DNA from: a virus
Lineage: Duplodnaviria > Heunggongvirae > Uroviricota > Caudoviricetes
Length of the DNA: 64,000 nt
Direction: 5' to 3' (one strand)
Virus record (IMG/VR): IMGVR_UViG_3300025011_000002
In this document: one piece after another, positions 38,798 through 48,823 of the stretch
How the letters are laid out: each line of letters begins with the position of its first letter
Position numbering within the stretch: position 1 is the first letter of the stretch
The notes under the pieces: model-generated
Database searches by the model: none
What the model was told of the DNA's origin: nothing
What the model saw: the letters and a program-made list of their open reading frames with translations, nothing else
Position numbers and translations under genes: made by a program

Positions 38798-39506
38798 TAT
38801 AATAGGACAAAAATTTGAAAGATTAGAAGTTTTATCTAAATCTTATAGAAATAAAAATAGCATTCAATATTATGAATGTAAGTGTGATTGTGGTAATATT
38901 ATAAATACAAGAAAATATTGTTTAATATCTGGAAGTACAAAATCATGTGGATGTTTACATAAAGAAAAAGTATCAACTCACAATATAACAAAAACTAGAT
39001 TTTATAGAATATGGCAAAATATTAAAACTAGATGTTTAAATAAAAATCATACATATTATAAAAATTATGGAGAACGTGGTATAAATATTTGTGATAGATG
39101 GCTAAATTTTGATAAATTTAAAGAAGATATGTATGATAGTTATTTAGAATATGTAAAAGATTTTGGAGAAAAAGATACAAGTATTGATAGAGAAAATAAT
39201 AATTTAGGATATTCAAAAGATAATTGTAAATGGTCTACTTGTGAAGAACAGGCAAGCAATAGAAGAGAAATAAATTGGGATAAAGCAAAATTTAAAAACC
39301 AAAAATTATTTAAAGCTATTTCTCCAGAAGGTATAGAATATATTGAAATAAATCAAAGAAAATTTGCAAGAGAATATGAATTAGATAGTAATAGGGTAAA
39401 TAGTTGTTTAAATAATCATCAAAAAACTCATAATAATTGGAAATTTAAATATTTATCAGATGATGAAATAAATAATTTTTTGGTATTAAAACAAGATGAA
39501 GTGTGA
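38790..39506 (+). CDS. homing-endonuclease-like protein, paralog family member 5
   Basis: 'KFERLEVL...YECKCDCGN...SGSTKSCGCL', 'TRFYRIWQNIKTRC...YKNYGERGINICDRW', 'SIDRENNNLGYSKDNCKWST', 'FKAISPEGIEYIEINQRKFAREYEL'. Confidence 0.5.
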   Translation: MSNIIGQKFERLEVLSKSYRNKNSIQYYECKCDCGNIINTRKYCLISGSTKSCGCLHKEKVSTHNITKTRFYRIWQNIKTRCLNKNHTYYKNYGERGINICDRWLNFDKFKEDMYDSYLEYVKDFGEKDTSIDRENNNLGYSKDNCKWSTCEEQASNRREINWDKAKFKNQKLFKAISPEGIEYIEINQRKFAREYELDSNRVNSCLNNHQKTHNNWKFKYLSDDEINNFLVLKQDEV

Positions 39507-39669
39507 TTCTTGTAAAAAGAGAACTATTTTTGCTGGTGCTTCTTTAACACAATGGTCTTGTAAAATATGTGGAAAAGAATATTGGGCTGGCAATAATAAT
39601 CCTCCATCCATATGTAAGAAATGTAGTTATAAATATAAAAAATGTGAAAGATGCGAAAGCAAAATTTAG
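39496..39669 (+). CDS. small zinc-ribbon protein
   Basis: 57 aa 'MKCDSCKKRT...WSCKICGKEY...CKKCSYKYKKCERCESKI'; ends just before the RBS AGGAG of the helicase gene. Confidence 0.3.
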   Translation: MKCDSCKKRTIFAGASLTQWSCKICGKEYWAGNNNPPSICKKCSYKYKKCERCESKI

Positions 39670-39678
39670 GAGCAAATA

Positions 39679-41373
39679 ATGTCGATAAGACTTACAGAAG
39701 AACAAGAAAATATATTAGATACATTAGATAATGAACAAAAATATGTTATTATAAACGCATTATCTGGTACAGGTAAAACAAGTACAACAATAAAACTTAT
39801 AGAAAAAATATTAGATGAAAATCCTGATGCTAAAATATTATATACTTGTTTTAATACTATCATTTTAAATGAAGGTAAAGAAAAGTTTAAAAAATTAGGA
39901 TTAAAAGTAGAAAGTAGAACTGCGCATTCTTTAGCATTAGGAGAATTAAAGAAGATAAGAAATGTTGAAGTTATACAATATTTAGATTATGAATTTTTTA
40001 AGAAAAATAAAAAAGATAGAAAATCTACTTTTATTGGTGTAAAACATCTTATTGATGAATATTGTCATTCTAATTCAAATATGGAAAATTTTAAAAAAGA
40101 AGCATTTAATTCTTGGTACAATGATGAAGATAAAACTCCATATGTTGAAGAAGACATTGAAGATTTTGAAGTTATATATAATAAATTAATGGATGAAGAT
40201 AAATTCTTACATGAAATGTATTTAAAAGAATATGCTTTATTGAGTATGGTAATAGATAGATTTGATTATGTATTTATAGATGAAGCGCAAGACCTTGACC
40301 GTTCAATGTTATCTATTATAAGAAAACTTGATGTTAAAAAGATTTATTTATTTGGAGATGTTAATCAAAATATATATTCAAGTTTTAGAAATACAGTAAA
40401 TGCCTTAGATATTTTAAGAGAAAATCAAGGTGGTAATGTTTATCCTCTTACAAAATCTTTTAGGTTTCATGACGATATAGCCAAGATAGCAAATTCTATT
40501 TTAGTAGATAGAAAAGGTTCTACAGTATCTTTAAAAGGGAATGGACCAAGAAGAGATATTGCTATTGATATGACTAAAAAGACAGTCTTATTTAGAAGTA
40601 ATTTTGGTATTTTAACATGGGCTTGTGCTTTATTAAGAGTAGAAAGAAATGCAAAAATAAAATTTAATGGAATAGTAAATGGTAAATCTACAAAAACATT
40701 TGTTGAATTATTTTATGATTTTATTTCTTTATTAAAACTTATGGCTCAAGAAAAAAGAGATAGATACTTTGAATCTGAATTAGATACCCATTTTTATATA
40801 AGCGTTCCAAGTCCTAAAGTATTAAAAATGAAAAAAATAGCTAAAGAAGAAAAAGAATCTTTAATAAGTTATTTAAGATTTCAATGTGATAAAAATGTTA
40901 GTTTAGACCAAGATTTAGTTAATTATTTTAAATTTGCAGATTCAAACTGGACTAATTTAATAAGTAATTTAATAATGCTTGAAAAAGCTCAATTTATAAA
41001 AGACCCTAGTAATATTTATGAATTATATACAACACATAAGTGCAAAGGAATGGAATATGATAATGTTATTATAGCACCTGATTGTTGGTATAATGAAGAT
41101 TATGCAAGAACTGATGAAAAATATAAAAAAGAAGCATTAAATATAATTTATACTGCTTTAACAAGAGCAAAAGAAAATTTAACTATAGAATCTCCAATTG
41201 TTAGAGAATTATGTTGCATACATGAGATAGAAGTTAATTCTGTTATTAATTTTTCTGATTATATAGATGATGAAGATGAAGAAGATAATCCATCTATTAT
41301 AAGTAATACAAATAAAAATAAATGGTTATTATATGAAGATTTCTGTAGAGATAAAGCAATAGGTATATTATAA
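39679..41373 (+). CDS. UvrD/Rep-family SF1 DNA helicase
   Basis: Walker A 'ALSGTGKTST', 'YVFIDEAQDLD', C-terminal 'TTHKCKGMEYDNVII'. Confidence 0.65.
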   Translation: MSIRLTEEQENILDTLDNEQKYVIINALSGTGKTSTTIKLIEKILDENPDAKILYTCFNTIILNEGKEKFKKLGLKVESRTAHSLALGELKKIRNVEVIQYLDYEFFKKNKKDRKSTFIGVKHLIDEYCHSNSNMENFKKEAFNSWYNDEDKTPYVEEDIEDFEVIYNKLMDEDKFLHEMYLKEYALLSMVIDRFDYVFIDEAQDLDRSMLSIIRKLDVKKIYLFGDVNQNIYSSFRNTVNALDILRENQGGNVYPLTKSFRFHDDIAKIANSILVDRKGSTVSLKGNGPRRDIAIDMTKKTVLFRSNFGILTWACALLRVERNAKIKFNGIVNGKSTKTFVELFYDFISLLKLMAQEKRDRYFESELDTHFYISVPSPKVLKMKKIAKEEKESLISYLRFQCDKNVSLDQDLVNYFKFADSNWTNLISNLIMLEKAQFIKDPSNIYELYTTHKCKGMEYDNVIIAPDCWYNEDYARTDEKYKKEALNIIYTALTRAKENLTIESPIVRELCCIHEIEVNSVINFSDYIDDEDEEDNPSIISNTNKNKWLLYEDFCRDKAIGIL

Positions 41374-41448
41374 TGGAAAGCAAGAATGTATTGATTTATA
41401 TATTAAAATATGTTATAATAATATAAATATTAAAAAAGGTAAACTTAT

Positions 41449-42420
41449 ATGAAATTTTTAAAACATAATGATAAAATATTAATTACTGGAGGAGCTGGGT
41501 TTATAGGGTCTCATTTAGTAGATGTCCTTATAACTAATGGTTATAAAGTTGTTGTTGTAGATAATTTATCTAATAGTAATATTAATAATATAAAACACAA
41601 TTTAAATAATCCAAATTTTATGTTTTATAATGATGATATTACCAATTTAAACATATTAAATAAAATTTTTAAAGAAGAAAATCCAAAAATTATATTTCAT
41701 TTAGCTGCTAATTCAGATATTGCAAAAAGTCATTATAATCCAGGAATTGATTTTAAAGATACATTATTAACTACTTATAATATTTTAAATGCCATGAAAA
41801 ATAATAGTATTTATAAAATCGTATTTGCATCTACTTCAGCGGTTTATGGAGAATTAAAAGGCAAACTGTCTGAAGATTCTGGTCCTCTTTTACCTACTTC
41901 TCATTATGGGGCTTCTAAATTAGCTTCCGAAGGTTTTATATCAAGTTTTGTTGAAAATTATAATATCAAAGCTTGGATATTTAGATTTCCAAATGTTGTT
42001 GGTCCAAGAGCAACACATGGCGTAATATATGATTTTATTAATAAATTAAAATATATGCCTGAAAATATAACAGTTTTAGGTGATGGAAATCAATATAAGC
42101 CATATTTATATGTTAGTGAATTAATAAAAGCTATATTATTTGTATTAAACAATACAAATGAAAAAATAAATTTATATAATATAGGCAATACGACAAGAAC
42201 TTATGTAAAAGATATTATAAAAATGACTATAAATGAAATGAATTTAAAACATATAACTAATATTATTTATACTGGAGGAAGTAAAGGTTGGATTGGAGAT
42301 GTATCAGAATTTGAATATTGCTTGGATAAGATACACAATCTGGGTTGGAGAGCAAGTATGACATCTGATGAAGCTGTAAGAAAAGCTATTATAGAAAATA
42401 TTGGAGATTATTTAGTATGA
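41449..42420 (+). CDS. NAD-dependent nucleotide-sugar epimerase/dehydratase (SDR family)
   Basis: 'ILITGGAGFIGSHL' Rossmann motif; catalytic 'SHYGASKLASE' (YxxxK). Confidence 0.75.
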   Translation: MKFLKHNDKILITGGAGFIGSHLVDVLITNGYKVVVVDNLSNSNINNIKHNLNNPNFMFYNDDITNLNILNKIFKEENPKIIFHLAANSDIAKSHYNPGIDFKDTLLTTYNILNAMKNNSIYKIVFASTSAVYGELKGKLSEDSGPLLPTSHYGASKLASEGFISSFVENYNIKAWIFRFPNVVGPRATHGVIYDFINKLKYMPENITVLGDGNQYKPYLYVSELIKAILFVLNNTNEKINLYNIGNTTRTYVKDIIKMTINEMNLKHITNIIYTGGSKGWIGDVSEFEYCLDKIHNLGWRASMTSDEAVRKAIIENIGDYLV

Positions 42421-43184
42421 ATTTAGAGGAGCTTAAAACCGTAGGGTTTGTTCCGCATAATTCTATTATCAATGCAGATTGTCTTGAGGCAATGAAATAT
42501 ATTCAAGACAAAAGTATTGATATGATTTTATGTGATTTGCCTTATGGAACGACAGCTTGTAAATGGGATACAATCATTCCTTTTGAGCCACTTTGGGAAC
42601 AATACAACAGGATTATAAAAGATAAAGGCGTAATTGTCCTAACATCACAAGGTATATTTACCGCAAAATTAATATTAAGTAATGAAAAATTTTTCAAATA
42701 TAAAATTGTATGGGAAAAATCAAAATCTACTAATTTTTTAAATGCAAAAAAACAACCTTTAAGAAAACATGAAGATATTTGTGTTTTTTATAAAAATCAA
42801 CCAAACTATTTTCCTCAAATGAAAGAAGGTTTGCCATATAACAAAGGAACAAGAAAAGCTCAACTAACGGGAAGCTATGGAGATTTTAATCCAGTTCTTG
42901 TTAAAAGTGAAGGCAGTAGATACCCAACAGATATTATTTATTTTAAAACTGCTGAATCAGAAGGGGATGTTTATCACCCCACTCAAAAACCAGTAGCCCT
43001 CTTTGAATATCTAATAAAAACATACACAAACGAAGGTGATTTGGTTCTTGATAATTGTGCAGGAAGTGGAACAACGGGTGTGGCATGCTTAAATACAAAT
43101 AGAAATTATATTTTAATTGAAAAAGAAAAAGAATATATTGATATAATTAATAAAAGAATTGAGGAAAATAAATGCAACTTGTAA
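42417..43184 (+). CDS. DNA methyltransferase (N6-adenine/N4-cytosine, beta class)
   Basis: Motif IV 'ILCDLPYGT' precedes motif I 'VLDNCAGSGTTGVAC'; this is the N6_N4 MTase order. Confidence 0.65.
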   Translation: MNLEELKTVGFVPHNSIINADCLEAMKYIQDKSIDMILCDLPYGTTACKWDTIIPFEPLWEQYNRIIKDKGVIVLTSQGIFTAKLILSNEKFFKYKIVWEKSKSTNFLNAKKQPLRKHEDICVFYKNQPNYFPQMKEGLPYNKGTRKAQLTGSYGDFNPVLVKSEGSRYPTDIIYFKTAESEGDVYHPTQKPVALFEYLIKTYTNEGDLVLDNCAGSGTTGVACLNTNRNYILIEKEKEYIDIINKRIEENKCNL

Positions 43185-43876
43185 TTATAGCTGGTGGCAA
43201 AGGCACAAGACTTGGCTTAAAAGATATTCCAAAACCTATGGTGTTATTGGGTGATAAGCCTATTATACATCATCAAATAGACTTGGCTATAAGACATGGT
43301 ATAAAAGATATAGTTATTATAGGAGGTTATTTATCCGAAGTTATTGTTGATTATTTTAAAGAGGATATGCCAAATGGTATAGATTTAACTATCATACAAG
43401 AATTAAAACCAATGGGAACAGCAGGAGCTTTACATTCTGCTAAATCAATATTACAAGATAGATTTATGGTATTTTACGGTGATTTATATTTAGATTTTGA
43501 TATTAATAAATTTATTGAGTTTTATGAACACATTAGAGCGTCTGCTACAATAATTGTTCAGCCAAATGCCTATCCAGATGAAGCAGACTTATTAGAGGTG
43601 GATAATATGGTTGTAAAGAATATTTATCCAAAACCAAGAGGCAAAGATAAAGAATATAAAAATATATCAAATGCTGCGGTTTATATATTTGATAGAGCAA
43701 TACTTCATTTTATAGATTCTACAGAGCCACAAGATTTTGGCAAAGATGTGTTTCCAAGAATGTTGAATAATGGTGTTTCAATTATAGCTTATGAGACAGA
43801 TGAGATATTAAAAGATTTAGGAACTTTAGAAAAATTAGAAGGTGTTAGAAATGATTATTTCAAGAACTCCATTTAG
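43172..43876 (+). CDS. hddC: sugar-1-phosphate nucleotidyltransferase (HddC-like heptose-1-P guanylyltransferase)
   Basis: 'MQLVIIAGGKGTRLG' N-terminal signature; size 234 aa. Confidence 0.65.
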   Translation: MQLVIIAGGKGTRLGLKDIPKPMVLLGDKPIIHHQIDLAIRHGIKDIVIIGGYLSEVIVDYFKEDMPNGIDLTIIQELKPMGTAGALHSAKSILQDRFMVFYGDLYLDFDINKFIEFYEHIRASATIIVQPNAYPDEADLLEVDNMVVKNIYPKPRGKDKEYKNISNAAVYIFDRAILHFIDSTEPQDFGKDVFPRMLNNGVSIIAYETDEILKDLGTLEKLEGVRNDYFKNSI

Positions 43877-44816
43877 AATAAGTTTTGCTGGTGGCGGTAG
43901 TGATTTAAAAGAACACTATAAAAAATATGGTGGTGCTGTTTTGTCTGTCACAATAAATAAATATATATATCTTTCAATGCATCCTTATTTTGAAAAAGAT
44001 AAATATATTCTTAAATATTCAGAAATTGAAAAAACTAATTCAGTTAATAATATTCAACATAGAATTATTAAACAAGTTTTTAAAAATTATAATATAAAGG
44101 GAGTAGATTTTAATTCAAGTGCAGACATTCCATCTGGAACTGGATTGGGTTCTTCGTCTGCATTTACAGCAGGATTAATAAACTTATGTAATTCATATAA
44201 CAATGAAAAAATAAGCAAAGAAGATATTGCCAATGAAGCTTGCGATGTTGAGATAAACCAATTAAATTGCCCGATAGGAAAACAAGACCAATATGCTTCA
44301 ACTTATGGAGGATTAAACTTTATATTATTTAATCAAGATTGTTCTGTTACAGTTAAAAAGACTAATATGATTGAATGGAAAAAAGATAAATTGGAAAATA
44401 ATTTATTGTTATTCTATCTTGGCAAAACAAGGTCAGCAGACAAGGTTTTAAATACATATAATAGTAATAATAATAATTTAATAAAAATGGTTGACTTAGC
44501 ATATAGTTTAAATTCATCACTAAGTAAGAATAATATAGATTCAGTTGGAGATATTCTACATACAGGATGGATGTATAAGAAAGAGTTATCATCTGAAATA
44601 AGCAATACAGATATAGATTATTATTATAATTTAGCCATTAAAAATGGGGCAGAAGGTGGGAAACTATTAGGTGCTGGTGGGGGAGGATTTTTATTATTTT
44701 ATGTCAAAGAGGAAAATCAAGAGCGATTAAGAAATGTTTTAAGCGTTCTGAAAGAAGTAAGTTTTAAGTTTGAAGACAAAGGAGCAAGTATAATATATGA
44801 TGATGACGATAGATAA
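43842..44816 (+). CDS. hddA: GHMP kinase, D-glycero-alpha-D-manno-heptose 7-phosphate kinase-like (HddA)
   Basis: N-terminal 'RTPFRISFAGGGSDL'; GHMP motif 'PSGTGLGSSSAFTAGL'. Confidence 0.7.
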   Translation: MLEMIISRTPFRISFAGGGSDLKEHYKKYGGAVLSVTINKYIYLSMHPYFEKDKYILKYSEIEKTNSVNNIQHRIIKQVFKNYNIKGVDFNSSADIPSGTGLGSSSAFTAGLINLCNSYNNEKISKEDIANEACDVEINQLNCPIGKQDQYASTYGGLNFILFNQDCSVTVKKTNMIEWKKDKLENNLLLFYLGKTRSADKVLNTYNSNNNNLIKMVDLAYSLNSSLSKNNIDSVGDILHTGWMYKKELSSEISNTDIDYYYNLAIKNGAEGGKLLGAGGGGFLLFYVKEENQERLRNVLSVLKEVSFKFEDKGASIIYDDDDR

Positions 44817-45357
44817 TTATTTTGACAGATTAAAAAAGACTATTGATAATATTGATAAAGAAGAGATAAAAAATGTTGTAAATATACTTTTAAAAGCAAG
44901 GGCTAATGAAAAGCAAATATTTATAATGGGTAATGGAGGAAGTGCATCTACGGCTTCTCATTTTGCTTGTGATATAAATAAAGGTACAAAACAAAAAGAT
45001 AAAAAACCGTTTAGGGTAATATGTTTAAATGATAATATACCTACAATGTTGGCTTATGCAAACGACAGTAATTATGATAATATTTTTATAGAGCAGTTAG
45101 AAAATCTATTAAAACCAGGAGATGTCGTAATCGGAATATCTGGAAGTGGAAATTCTAATAATATTATAAATGCAATTGGATTTTCAAATTTTTTAAAAAT
45201 AACAACTGTGGGAATAACAGGCTTCGATGGGGGAATGTTAAAACAAATGAGTAAGCATTCTATTAATACAAATATAGATGATATGCAGATTTCTGAAGAC
45301 ATACATATGATATTGGTTCATGTAATAATGAAAGCTATATTGAATGAAAAATTATAA
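44797..45357 (+). CDS. gmhA: SIS-domain phosphoheptose isomerase
   Basis: 'IFIMGNGGSASTASHFACDINKG'. Confidence 0.75.
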   Translation: MMMTIDNYFDRLKKTIDNIDKEEIKNVVNILLKARANEKQIFIMGNGGSASTASHFACDINKGTKQKDKKPFRVICLNDNIPTMLAYANDSNYDNIFIEQLENLLKPGDVVIGISGSGNSNNIINAIGFSNFLKITTVGITGFDGGMLKQMSKHSINTNIDDMQISEDIHMILVHVIMKAILNEKL

Positions 45358-46099
45358 ATTAGTTGTTTTATTTGCACAATATGGTAATGAACAATATCCT
45401 GATGCACATAAAGATTTAGATAATTTTTTAAAAGATATTAATTGTAGTAAACAAAAAATTATAATAGATAATAAAACTGCATGTGATTATGATTATGTTT
45501 TTCCAAATGGAAATATTTATATACAAGGAGATAATTCAGCATGGGAATTTAGTGCTTGGGATAAGGGATTAAAATATGTTAAAGATTTAAATGTAGAATA
45601 TGATGCAATATTATTTGTAAACAGTTCTTTTATGAACAGCAGAATAAAAGGAATTGGTGGAAATCCAAAAACAGTTATAAATAATGAGTCAATAAGACTT
45701 TGCATTGAAGATAATAAAGCTATATTCCCTTGGCTCACAACAGGGGATAAATATTTTAAATTAGATAATAATGATGTAAGTTCTTGGTATAGAACAAATT
45801 GTTTCTTGTTAAATAAAAATCATATTAACGTCTTGCAATTTATTCAAACATATGATATAATATATTTAGATAAATTCATTAATAAAGAAATATCAGACAA
45901 TTATTTTAAAGCTGACGCTCCAATGAACAAGATATTAAAAGATTTTATAATATGGAGATTAACAGAAAGTTGGCATAATCCAATAGATATAAAAGAATCT
46001 TGGTCATTATTTAAAATGAAAACATTGGGATATTTTAATGAGTTTGGTTTAACGGCACGATTAAGGAATTGCAAAATAAATGTTATTTCAGAACAATAA
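45344..46099 (+). CDS. hypothetical protein, paralog of 48813..49856 (possible glycosyltransferase)
   Basis: Shares 'YKLVVLF.QY...YP', 'GDNSAWEFSAWDKGL.Y.K', 'YDAILFVN.SF', 'NWH' blocks with 48813..49856. Confidence 0.35.
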   Translation: MKNYKLVVLFAQYGNEQYPDAHKDLDNFLKDINCSKQKIIIDNKTACDYDYVFPNGNIYIQGDNSAWEFSAWDKGLKYVKDLNVEYDAILFVNSSFMNSRIKGIGGNPKTVINNESIRLCIEDNKAIFPWLTTGDKYFKLDNNDVSSWYRTNCFLLNKNHINVLQFIQTYDIIYLDKFINKEISDNYFKADAPMNKILKDFIIWRLTESWHNPIDIKESWSLFKMKTLGYFNEFGLTARLRNCKINVISEQ

Positions 46100-47261
46100 A
46101 AAAATAAAAATTGTTTTTTTATTTCAAGTTGCTTCGTTCTGGGCATCATGGGATTCATTCTATAATGAGTGTATAAAAGATGATAGACTTGAAATAAAAA
46201 TGGTTTTATTTGATGAAGAAATTTGCGAAAAAAGTCAAATGAAAACTGCAAGGGTGTTTTTAGAAAAAAATAATATTTCATTTATAGAATATAAGGATTA
46301 TAATATAGATAAAGATTGTCCTGATATTTGGGTGATGCAAACGCCTTATGATGAAGGGCATAGACCACTAGAGTTAAGGTCTGACTATATAAAAAACAAA
46401 GGAATAAAGATTGTTTATATAACTTATGGAATAGAAATATCTAATACTGTTGAATCAATAAATGCTCACTTCTTAAAAGGTGTTCCACAGAATGCATGGA
46501 AAATATATACTTTTTCTCTATTAATTAAAAAAGATTATGATAAATATATATCTCCAGAAATAACAAGAGCATTAGGGCATCCAAAGTTTGATGGATTGTA
46601 CAATAAAAATAATTTTCCATTGCCAGAAAATATTAAACAAAAAGCAAATGGAAGAAAAATTATATTATGGAAAGTTCATTTTCCAAAGATATTTTCAATA
46701 CCAAATACAGATAAAATTCATTATGTTACACCAGACTTTGAAGAATATAAAAAATTTTTAAATGAAATAAAAAAACATAAAGATTTATATTTTATATTTA
46801 TGCCTCATCCAAAGTTTTTTGAAATGATTTTAGAATACAATATTTTAAATGAACAAGAAATTAAAGACTTACAGAATGAATTAAACAGTTATGATAACTT
46901 ATATATGTATTTAGAAGATGATTATAGACCTATAATTTTGAATGCAGATTGTATAATTACTGATAGGTCTGCAATAATGGTAGAGGCATCGGTAGCAGAA
47001 AAGCCAATATTATATATGTATAATAATAAAAATATAGAGGCTATGACAGATGCTATATCTGAATTAATAAATACATATTATACTGGTGACACTTGTGAAG
47101 ATATGATAAATTTTATAGAAATGTTTAAAAGAGGTGAAGATATAAAAAAACAAGAAAGATTAAGTGCAATAAAGAAATATATTCCATTTTTTGATGGAAA
47201 TGCAGGTAAAAGAATTAAAGAAGATATTATATCTTCTTTTGAAAATGAAGCGATGGAGTAA
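46080..47261 (+). CDS. CDP-glycerol glycerophosphotransferase (TagB/TagF)-family protein
   Basis: 'ADCIITDRSAIMVEASVAEKPILYM' resembles the TagF-family C-terminal signature. Confidence 0.4.
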   Translation: MLFQNNKKIKIVFLFQVASFWASWDSFYNECIKDDRLEIKMVLFDEEICEKSQMKTARVFLEKNNISFIEYKDYNIDKDCPDIWVMQTPYDEGHRPLELRSDYIKNKGIKIVYITYGIEISNTVESINAHFLKGVPQNAWKIYTFSLLIKKDYDKYISPEITRALGHPKFDGLYNKNNFPLPENIKQKANGRKIILWKVHFPKIFSIPNTDKIHYVTPDFEEYKKFLNEIKKHKDLYFIFMPHPKFFEMILEYNILNEQEIKDLQNELNSYDNLYMYLEDDYRPIILNADCIITDRSAIMVEASVAEKPILYMYNNKNIEAMTDAISELINTYYTGDTCEDMINFIEMFKRGEDIKKQERLSAIKKYIPFFDGNAGKRIKEDIISSFENEAME

Positions 47262-47264
47262 ATA

Positions 47265-47840
47265 ATGGATTTAAATTTTACAGGTGAAAGACAGGTAAGT
47301 AAAACACTAGAGGGTATTGAAAAAAAACATTTAGATAGATATTGTTTTGCTAAAAATAAGGTAAGAGAGTTATTATCAAAAGATAATATAAAAATATCTG
47401 ATATTGGTTGTGGTATTGGATATGGTTCATCTATATTATCTGAACTTAATTGCTCTATTGATTCATACGACATATCAAAAGAAGCAATTGATTTTGCTAA
47501 CAAATATTATAAGAAAGACAATATAAATTATTTTACAAAAGACTGTTCTGATTCTGATTTTTTAACAAAACATTATGATGTAATTGTGTCTTTTGAATTT
47601 TTAGAACATATTAATATTGATAAATCTAAAAAAATATTACATAGAATTATTGAAAAAAGCGATTTATCAATTATATCTATCCCTATAAATAAGCCTTCGC
47701 CTTTTCATAAAATAGTATTAAAAAAAGAAGAAGTTAAACAATACTATGACGAGGCGTTGAAAAGTTTTTCAAATAAACATATAATAGAAGAATGGATTCA
47801 AGATACTATATTTTACATAGTAGTAATAGGATTAAAATAA
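47265..47840 (+). CDS. class I SAM-dependent methyltransferase
   Basis: Motif I 'ISDIGCGIGYGS'; 'VSFEFLEH'. Confidence 0.6.
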   Translation: MDLNFTGERQVSKTLEGIEKKHLDRYCFAKNKVRELLSKDNIKISDIGCGIGYGSSILSELNCSIDSYDISKEAIDFANKYYKKDNINYFTKDCSDSDFLTKHYDVIVSFEFLEHINIDKSKKILHRIIEKSDLSIISIPINKPSPFHKIVLKKEEVKQYYDEALKSFSNKHIIEEWIQDTIFYIVVIGLK

Positions 47841-48823
47841 TGACAATATATTTTAGAACACCCGAAAACCCAAACCCTTGTGGTGGCATAAAAAAGTTAT
47901 ATGACCAAACAGATATTCTTAATAAAAATGGTATTGAGGCATATGTAATTCACTTTGATAAAACAGAAACTTTTAGATGCGATTGGTTTGAAAATGATAC
48001 AAAAATAGTTTATAATAAAACACTTATTCAAGAAGATGATATAGTTGTTATCCCAGAAATATATGATTACCATATGTTTAATTTATTCCCTAAAGGCAAA
48101 AAGGTTATATTCAATCAAAATGCTTATAATACATTCAGACCATATGGAACAATAAATGATAATAGTATATTAAATTATAACAATCCCGACTTGCTTGGAG
48201 TTATGGTTGTTTCTGAAGATAATAAAAAATATTTAGAACTTGCTTTTCCAAATAATAAAATTTACAGGATTCATATATCAATCGACACAGATAAATTCTT
48301 TCCAAAAGAAAATAAGAAAAAACAAATATGTTATATGCCGAGAAAAAATAAACAGGATGTTGACCAAGTAATAAGTATTTTAAAATTAAGAGGTTACTTA
48401 AAAGATTATAATTTTGTGGCTATTGAAAATATGACAGAAGAAGAATTAATAAAAACTTATCAAGAATCTGAAATATTTTTAAGTTTTGGTTATCCAGAAG
48501 GTTGTGCAGCTCCTCCACTTGAAGCAATGGCTTGTGGATGTATAGTTATTGGATATACAGGAATGGGATGTAGAGAATATATGAATACAGATTATTCTTT
48601 CCCAATTGAACATGGGGATATAGTCTCTTTTGTAAAAACAATAGAAGAAAAGATTTATTCATTTAATGCAATTAACAACTGCCCTTATTATAATGAATTT
48701 GAAAATTTAAACAACAAAGCTATTAAATTTATAAAAGAAAATTATACAAAAGAAAGAGAAAAATCAGATATATTAAATTTTTGGAACGAAATATTAAATA
48801 AAGGAAATAATAATGTATTATAA
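47840..48823 (+). CDS. glycosyltransferase (GT-B fold, GT4-like)
   Basis: 'EGCAAPPLEAMACGCIVIGYTGMGCREYM' matches the GT4 C-terminal motif. Start moved to internal ATG (MTIYFRT) to avoid overlap. Confidence 0.6.
   Translation: MTIYFRTPENPNPCGGIKKLYDQTDILNKNGIEAYVIHFDKTETFRCDWFENDTKIVYNKTLIQEDDIVVIPEIYDYHMFNLFPKGKKVIFNQNAYNTFRPYGTINDNSILNYNNPDLLGVMVVSEDNKKYLELAFPNNKIYRIHISIDTDKFFPKENKKKQICYMPRKNKQDVDQVISILKLRGYLKDYNFVAIENMTEEELIKTYQESEIFLSFGYPEGCAAPPLEAMACGCIVIGYTGMGCREYMNTDYSFPIEHGDIVSFVKTIEEKIYSFNAINNCPYYNEFENLNNKAIKFIKENYTKEREKSDILNFWNEILNKGNNNVL

Noticed and set aside
44362-47503. Several minus-strand ORFs (44362..44592, 44414..44605, 45072..45302, 45517..45738, 45901..46281, 47078..47503) antisense to the sugar cluster
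   Set aside because: Each lies inside a motif-supported plus-strand gene, and the translations are low-complexity L/I/F/Y-rich.
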